From NCBI GenBank assembly GCA_016787485.1, contig JAEUUL010000028.1, positions 7,490-71,489 on the forward strand: a stretch of 64,000 nt of DNA, written 5' to 3'. Shown in pieces: positions 59,201-64,000 of the stretch. The position numbers and the translations under genes were made by a program. This DNA is from Bacteroidota bacterium. GTDB taxonomy: Bacteria > Bacteroidota > Bacteroidia > NS11-12g > UBA955. Numbering within the stretch: position 1 is the first letter of the stretch; each line of letters opens with the position of its first letter. The notes beneath the pieces are model-generated. The model was not told the origin of the DNA. It did not search any database and saw nothing but the letters and a program-made list of their open reading frames with translations.

Positions 59201-61135
59201 AATGCTGAAGCTTTTTATACCTATACTTCCACCCAGTTTTTACGCAAAACAGAAGGTTGCGCAGGTGATTTGTATGTAAGTTTCCGCAACCGGAGTTTCT
59301 ACACGGTTAAAACCTACTGGGATTTCGACGGTGACGGAGTGATTGATATAAAAAATCAGAACAATCCCGGGTATCTGTACTTAACACCGGGTTTGTTTTA
59401 CCCGCGGCTGATTGCAGAAAATATCAACGGATGCAGAGACACAATTTCACGGGACAGTATACGGGTCTGGGAACCACCGGATGCCGCTTTTGCGACTTCG
59501 GCTGACACGACATGTGCAAGGGATACAGTGAGATTCTGGTACAACGGTAAACCTGCTCATGCGATTGATAAATATGACTGGGATTTTGGTGAAAATGGAA
59601 TTTATTATGATACATCCACACAGCCGTTATGTAAATGGAAATACACCGCCCCGTTTAATCACCTTGCCGATCTGGAAGTAACGGATATTAAAGGCTGTAA
59701 AGGCAGGACACAGAGAAATGTATTCGTCAATGACACGGCCGGACCAGAAAGAAACCCAATTGCATTTATTACTGTAAAAAACAACAATGCCATTGATTTT
59801 GTATGGAATAAATCGGTTCTGGGAAATTATTACAGCTATCATGTATTTCTGGATAGCATCGGCCTGAAGGAAAGGGGTGTGAAATATGCAAGAACAGATA
59901 CATCGTGGTCTGCCTATTACGGGGCGGTGATGGGCAATAAACGCATTTGTTACACCATTAAGGTCGAAGACACCTGCTCGCAGATTGGCAAACCCTCTTC
60001 ATCGCACTGTACCATCGTGCTGCGGGATACCATCAAAGAACCGTTTCACTTCCATCTGAGCTGGCTCGCCTATGACTGGTGGTCCAATGAACTGAGTCAT
60101 TATGAAGTGTTCAGGCAGGATCCCGGAGGAAGTTTTAAGCGGGTAGCCATCGTAGACAGGGACAATATTTCTTATGTTGACAGTTTTCTGTGCGATGCAG
60201 TGTATTGTTACTACGTAGAAGCCGTGCACAAAAACGGCCTTTACAGGTCCCGCAGCAATACGGTCTGTGATAAAATACTTTACCTGAAACCCGATGGTGT
60301 GAGTCCCATTGAACTGGTCACCGTAGCAAATGACGACCACACCGAAATGCGCTGGAAACCCTATTACAGATACATCAGGGGTGGAAGCTGGATTTTGGAA
60401 AAATGCGCAGACCCGGTTGCCGGTTTCACTTACCTGAAGGAAGTTTCCGGAGAATCGGCAAGTGATCTGGCAGCCGATGTACATAAAAACGCCTGGTATT
60501 ACAGGGTCCGGTTCAAGGACCACTGCGGTGTAACTGGCAATGCCGGACCATGGAGCAATTCCCTCTTTTTGCAGGGCATTCCAGGTACCGGTTTGCTCAC
60601 CATAGACTGGAATGATTACAGGCACTGGCAATCCGGTGTAAAAGAGTATCATCTGCAATTGAGACAGAAAAACGGTCAGTTTGGTACATGGAAAGTATAC
60701 AATGCAGGTACCACACAACAGTACAATGTTGATCTGGAGTCATTCGGACTTGATTCCATCTTTTTCAGGGTGCTGGCGGTCAAGGACAGCATTACCTATG
60801 ATACTTCGGTATCCAATGTTGCCGTGTTTATTCCCAGGTCTTATGTATGGGTTCCTTCGGCATTTACCCCGGATGGCAACAACCGGAATGAAACATTTAA
60901 ACCCATAGCCGGATTCGTTTACGGGTATCAGGACAATCCGAACAATTCCTACGGGTTCCGTGTGCTGAACCGCTGGGGAGAGCAAGTGTTTTACACCAAT
61001 CAGCCGGGTGAAGGGTGGGATGGAAATTACAAAGGAATAAGTTGCCCGGCAGGAATGTACATCTGGGAGTTTCGTGCTGTGGGTTTCGATGGAATCATAC
61101 ACCGCAAAAAAGGCACGGTGATGTTGTTGCGGTAA
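56225..61135 (+). CDS. Giant cell-surface protein (PKD/Ig-like and fibronectin-like repeats) with a T9SS type-B C-terminal sorting domain.
   Basis: About 1636 aa. Signal peptide MSRLRLLLCLLFACSMCCGNSLFAQ. Many C..D.. beta-sandwich modules. C-terminus VPSAFTPDGNNRNETFKP...FRVLNRWGEQVFY...GWDGNYKG... is the type-B gliding-motility CTD. Confidence 0.85.
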   Translation: MSRLRLLLCLLFACSMCCGNSLFAQSGPEIEVLTPVVCIPGKVTVQLKGCATCVSWDWEIGTGTGYKSGNANYSVVMTKAGIYDVNVKLKTAAGVTTVISKQKAFEVKPSPVIRITANKRVFCGYNDTVLLIDSTPNIVSRDWLIESNIIYNGPKTIAHQFSNSYGWKKIFLLVRDSWGCASQTTRDSVVGIWNKPSITVATSKTSGCLPGNVRYIPSFDTGVQTIKSVSWTFTGGSPPVYNGRFPKPVAYSTSDTFGTKVTFFTHQGCSATFDNPKMVVLGDSVALNVTVSPKTICANKPFTAKVTNSLNKAPGWNFTGPAVLLDSSTGVNISGRFKDTGLADVEVFEVNRGCISYKMLKGAIRVNGPVASFETLVQSYCASPDTLKFKNTSIPGPGTTWKWEIMDTTGAVQGSGTTKDFEYRVTKVASWSTRLIAVSTNGCTDTVFMKKNVTGGKIDANFTVAPNPACPNQEIFLTSATGKGSAQFPNTLVWTFYGATGKPVYSVASNAPFYKYANTGKYSAKLVISNTKGCKDSLFLKDTIKVEIPAAKLSVSDSIVCTNQGIRFYGSRSSKLKGMKALWIFKNIDSTSVPDQSSFGDTTDYSFAAPGRYEVYYSLSDNLSGGCSVTIKLPQRIKVSTVRYKVTPGPDIGCKPLTFNLSATQLTNVNHKTGSNTVWFRWKNYHPANLTIADSSKANTTAVLKQSYAQYSLVWQNDAGCKDSSPWYLTSVALESGFDLPGNERCIKKPIKMHNASVSWATGFKWICDSSTAIFSSKTAREPTVIFTKGGFYTIKLIAYYNACADTFTRVVKLESVIADFYAPDSVVYCAPKLMNFVNRTLGANRNWWTFGDGDSVYSVYNNKVGHLYKKNKTRPGYDVTLITENSFGCRDTLTKKGYARVVGPLPGLAMSNFIGCEPLQVKFTNTSTDYNKFYLDFADGSVLDSTKVMDHFYKVTDKSLPVQAFHPRLLLYDSFGCFAIASPDDSVMVSKNAEAFYTYTSTQFLRKTEGCAGDLYVSFRNRSFYTVKTYWDFDGDGVIDIKNQNNPGYLYLTPGLFYPRLIAENINGCRDTISRDSIRVWEPPDAAFATSADTTCARDTVRFWYNGKPAHAIDKYDWDFGENGIYYDTSTQPLCKWKYTAPFNHLADLEVTDIKGCKGRTQRNVFVNDTAGPERNPIAFITVKNNNAIDFVWNKSVLGNYYSYHVFLDSIGLKERGVKYARTDTSWSAYYGAVMGNKRICYTIKVEDTCSQIGKPSSSHCTIVLRDTIKEPFHFHLSWLAYDWWSNELSHYEVFRQDPGGSFKRVAIVDRDNISYVDSFLCDAVYCYYVEAVHKNGLYRSRSNTVCDKILYLKPDGVSPIELVTVANDDHTEMRWKPYYRYIRGGSWILEKCADPVAGFTYLKEVSGESASDLAADVHKNAWYYRVRFKDHCGVTGNAGPWSNSLFLQGIPGTGLLTIDWNDYRHWQSGVKEYHLQLRQKNGQFGTWKVYNAGTTQQYNVDLESFGLDSIFFRVLAVKDSITYDTSVSNVAVFIPRSYVWVPSAFTPDGNNRNETFKPIAGFVYGYQDNPNNSYGFRVLNRWGEQVFYTNQPGEGWDGNYKGISCPAGMYIWEFRAVGFDGIIHRKKGTVMLLR

Positions 61136-61171
61136 ATCGCTGCAGCAGGGGTAAATTTGCAGCCCCGAATT

Positions 61172-62491
61172 ATGTTTGACAATCTTCAGCACAAACTGGA
61201 CAAAGCCCTGAAAAGCCTGAAAGGGCAGGGCAGAATCAACGACCTGAACGTGGCGGATACTGTGAAGGAAATCCGCCGGGCACTGATCTCTGCCGACGTT
61301 CATTTTAAGGTGGCCAAAGATTTTACAGACAAAGTACTGGAAGATGCCAGAGGGCAAAACGTTATCCGTTCTGTTTCTCCTGGTCAGTTGCTCACCAAAA
61401 TTGTCCATGACAATCTGGTAGACATTCTGGGCGGACAAAAATCCGATATTCATCTCAGTGGCAGTCCGGCCGTAATTCTCATTGCCGGCTTGCAGGGTTC
61501 GGGTAAAACCACCTTTACCGGCAAATTGGGTCGCTGGTTAAAGGCACAGGGTAGAAACCCCCTGCTCGTAGCCGCGGATGTCTATCGCCCTGCTGCCCGT
61601 GAACAGTTGAAAGTTCTGGGTTCTGCAGTGGAAGCTGCAGTTTATTCCGAGGACCAAAACCAGAATGCAGTCCAGATTGCAGAGAATGCCATCAAATATG
61701 CCAAAGCCAACAACTACAATGTGGTGGTGATCGATACCGCAGGCCGGCTTACGGTGGATAAGGCCATGATGGATGAGATTGCTGCAGTGAAAAAAGCGGT
61801 CAATCCGGCTGAAATTCTGTTTGTAGTGGATTCCATGACTGGCCAGGATGCAGTAAATACCGCCAAAGCCTTTCATGATGTTTTGAATTTTACGGGTGTA
61901 GTGCTTACCAAGTTGGATGGTGACACCCGCGGGGGTGCTGCATTGTCCATTAAATCGGTGGTGCAGAAGCCGATAAAGTTTGTGAGCACCGGTGAAAAGC
62001 CCGATGCACTGGATGTGTTCTATCCGGATCGCATGGCAGGCCGTATTCTGGGTATGGGTGACGTGGTGTCGCTTGTAGAACGCGCCCAGGCCACCATTGA
62101 TGCGGAAGAAGCCGAAAAGTTGTCCCGCAAAATTGCCCGCAATAATTTTGACTTTGAGGACTTTCTGGCCCAACTTCAGCAAATCAAAAAAATGGGAAAT
62201 GTGAAAGACTTGCTGGGTATGTTGCCGGGTGTAGGGTCTCAAATCAAAGATCTGGATGTGGACGATAAGGCATTTAAGGGGATTGAAGCCCTGATTCAAA
62301 GCATGACTCCGCAGGAACGAACCAGGCCGGAACTGCTGAACGCCAGCCGGAAACAGCGCATAGCCGCCGGAAGTGGCAGCACAGTACAGGAACTGAATAA
62401 ACTGCTCACTCAGTTCAATCAGATGCGCCAAATGATGAAAATGATGAAAAACAAGCGTTTCCCGGGTATGATGCCCGGCATGAAGCGTTGA
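61172..62491 (+). CDS. ffh: Signal recognition particle protein.
   Basis: N-domain, then G-domain (GLQGSGKTT, DTAGR, TKLDG), then a Met-rich M-domain (MMKMMKNKRFPGMMPGM). Confidence 0.95.
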   Translation: MFDNLQHKLDKALKSLKGQGRINDLNVADTVKEIRRALISADVHFKVAKDFTDKVLEDARGQNVIRSVSPGQLLTKIVHDNLVDILGGQKSDIHLSGSPAVILIAGLQGSGKTTFTGKLGRWLKAQGRNPLLVAADVYRPAAREQLKVLGSAVEAAVYSEDQNQNAVQIAENAIKYAKANNYNVVVIDTAGRLTVDKAMMDEIAAVKKAVNPAEILFVVDSMTGQDAVNTAKAFHDVLNFTGVVLTKLDGDTRGGAALSIKSVVQKPIKFVSTGEKPDALDVFYPDRMAGRILGMGDVVSLVERAQATIDAEEAEKLSRKIARNNFDFEDFLAQLQQIKKMGNVKDLLGMLPGVGSQIKDLDVDDKAFKGIEALIQSMTPQERTRPELLNASRKQRIAAGSGSTVQELNKLLTQFNQMRQMMKMMKNKRFPGMMPGMKR

Positions 62492-62660
62492 AGTTTTTCA
62501 GAATAAAATTTGTCATCCGGGTATCTTATTTACTTTTTCCATTACTATTTAAGTGATTGATAAATAGGTATATATGGAATTATATCCACTTCCAGTGTCT
62601 GAAAACTGTCACAGAAATCTGAAGTTTTTGTGTTGAGCTTTGAAAAAACGCTGGGTTTTC

Positions 62661-62670
62661 TATACTTTTG
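62661..62670 (+). promoter_or_regulatory. Possible -7-like promoter element (TATACTTTTG) for the downstream partial gene.
   Basis: Found about 43 bp upstream of the ATG at 62713. Imperfect match to TAnnTTTG. Confidence 0.25.
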
Positions 62671-62712
62671 GAAATTACTTCTAACCCAAGAAACCAATAA
62701 CGTCAATATACA

Positions 62713-64000
62713 ATGAACAAACTTTTACGATTTGGATTGCTGACCCTGACATTTGCGTCGGCAGTTGTGTCCAAGGCACAGTTTATCCTGTACCGGGACA
62801 CATTCCAGAATGGCAGAACCTACTGCCAAACGGACAAACAGTGGACAGGCTGGACTTCGTTCCGCGCCAAACTGGATACCACAACCAAAACCCTTTTGGA
62901 GGTGCGTATCAACGGAAGCCTTGCTTCAAACAGCCGTGTCTGCAAAGACCAATACATCGTGCGCAAACTGGCCCAGGCCATGAAAAACGGAGTTTCCTAC
63001 AATGCACAGTGTAAAGATCCCAACACGGGTTCAACTTGGCAGTGGGAAGTGACTTCTTCCGGTACCTGCGCAGCGACCGGTTGTACGGGTTCCAGTACTT
63101 CAGATATCGTGCACTTTGGCTGTGTACCCACAACCTCAGGTACCGGCCTCTGCTCATGCGCAGGTACAGATTACTGGGTGTTCCGCCATACCATCCGTAA
63201 CTCAAACTGGGGTGGCATAGCAGGGTCTACAACCTGCGGTGCTCCCAATCAGTGGATGGAACTTGAGTTCAAAACCATTCCTCCGTTTTACAACGAGGCA
63301 GCAACCACTGCCATTCCCAGTCTGGACCGCTGCTCTCCGAAACAAGACCTGAAAGCTCGTTTCATGAATACTGGTAAGCGCCAACTGGACAGCTGGAATT
63401 ACTATATGAAGGTTAATACTACTGTTTATGGTCCTTACAAAGCCAAAATCAAACTGGCTTCTCAAAAAGATACCCTGCTTACTGTAGTGGCCGGATACAC
63501 TTTTACCCCCAATACAACATACAATATTGTTGCATGGTCTAGTAAGCCAAATAACTTCAATGATAGTTTTGCTGGCAACGATACCTTCAAAACTGTAGTC
63601 GTATTCCAGGGCCAGAAAGGGATTCCTGATGCCCGTGATACCAACGTTTGCGGCAGTCAGAAAATCACCATTTCTGCAACTCCGAAACAAGCCGGTGACT
63701 CACTGGCATGGTATGCCGATGCTCAGGGCAAACAATTCCTCGGATATGGCACCAAATACACCACACCTCTGCTTTCCAGCGGAACCACTGGCAAAACCTA
63801 TAAGTTCTATTGCGGATCCTACAACGGCTTCGTGAAGAACTTCATGCGCAACACTTACTCCTATGTATATTATGGAATGGGTAACATGTTTGATTTGACT
63901 CCATTGAGCAATGACCTGATAGTAGACAGTATACGTCTGAATGTTTATGCCGGTGTAATACCGGTTGGCAATCAGTTTGATTGTGATGTGTATATCCGTG
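62713..64000 (+). CDS. Secreted Cys-rich protein of unknown function. Partial: it runs off the 3' end of the window.
   Basis: I translated it by hand. The frame is open from the ATG at 62713 to the window end (429+ codons) and encodes signal peptide MNKLLRFGLLTLTFASAVVSKAQ. It is absent from the ORF track because there is no stop in the window. Confidence 0.7.
   Translation, partial: MNKLLRFGLLTLTFASAVVSKAQFILYRDTFQNGRTYCQTDKQWTGWTSFRAKLDTTTKTLLEVRINGSLASNSRVCKDQYIVRKLAQAMKNGVSYNAQCKDPNTGSTWQWEVTSSGTCAATGCTGSSTSDIVHFGCVPTTSGTGLCSCAGTDYWVFRHTIRNSNWGGIAGSTTCGAPNQWMELEFKTIPPFYNEAATTAIPSLDRCSPKQDLKARFMNTGKRQLDSWNYYMKVNTTVYGPYKAKIKLASQKDTLLTVVAGYTFTPNTTYNIVAWSSKPNNFNDSFAGNDTFKTVVVFQGQKGIPDARDTNVCGSQKITISATPKQAGDSLAWYADAQGKQFLGYGTKYTTPLLSSGTTGKTYKFYCGSYNGFVKNFMRNTYSYVYYGMGNMFDLTPLSNDLIVDSIRLNVYAGVIPVGNQFDCDVYIR

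Noticed and set aside
61538-62431. 297-aa minus-strand ORF inside ffh.
   Set aside because: It is antisense to an unambiguous SRP54 gene and has a nonsense-like composition.
1-64000. Search for CRISPR arrays, tRNA or rRNA genes, and transposases, integrases or phage genes.
   Set aside because: There are no spaced direct repeats. No intergenic gap exceeds about 250 bp, and none has tRNA-like T-loop or anticodon-arm features. No DDE, tyrosine-recombinase or serine-recombinase motifs in any ORF. The region looks like a stable chromosomal segment, not a mobile island.

Overview
The window looks like a chromosomal segment from a Bacteroidota genome, probably of the Chitinophagia/Sphingobacteriia type. 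Evidence for that: a type-2 isoleucyl-tRNA synthetase, SusC-like TonB-dependent receptors with carboxypeptidase-regulatory N-termini, a fused E1 alpha/beta 2-oxo-acid dehydrogenase, TAnnTTTG '-7' promoter motifs, and many proteins ending in type IX secretion (T9SS) C-terminal sorting domains (CTDs). It is gene-dense, with about 47 CDS. I found no rRNA, tRNA, CRISPR, transposase or integrase. Housekeeping genes (ileS, gltX, ribBA, rlmB, rlmN, der, folA, nadK, recX, ffh) are interleaved with cell-surface genes. The surface genes are: two SusC-like receptors each followed by a T9SS type-A cargo gene instead of susD; two giant PKD-repeat proteins (about 1700 and 1640 aa) with type-B (gliding-motility-associated) CTDs and no linked PorP/SprF gene; a translationally coupled degT-ugd-uxs nucleotide-sugar operon; a 1073-aa DUF2723 GT-C-like membrane protein; and two separate pairs of tandemly duplicated lipoprotein genes of unknown function. 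All functions are assigned by reading motifs in the translations, not by database search. Starts were re-chosen inside the supplied ORFs wherever a signal peptide or conserved N-terminus made a shorter start more plausible.
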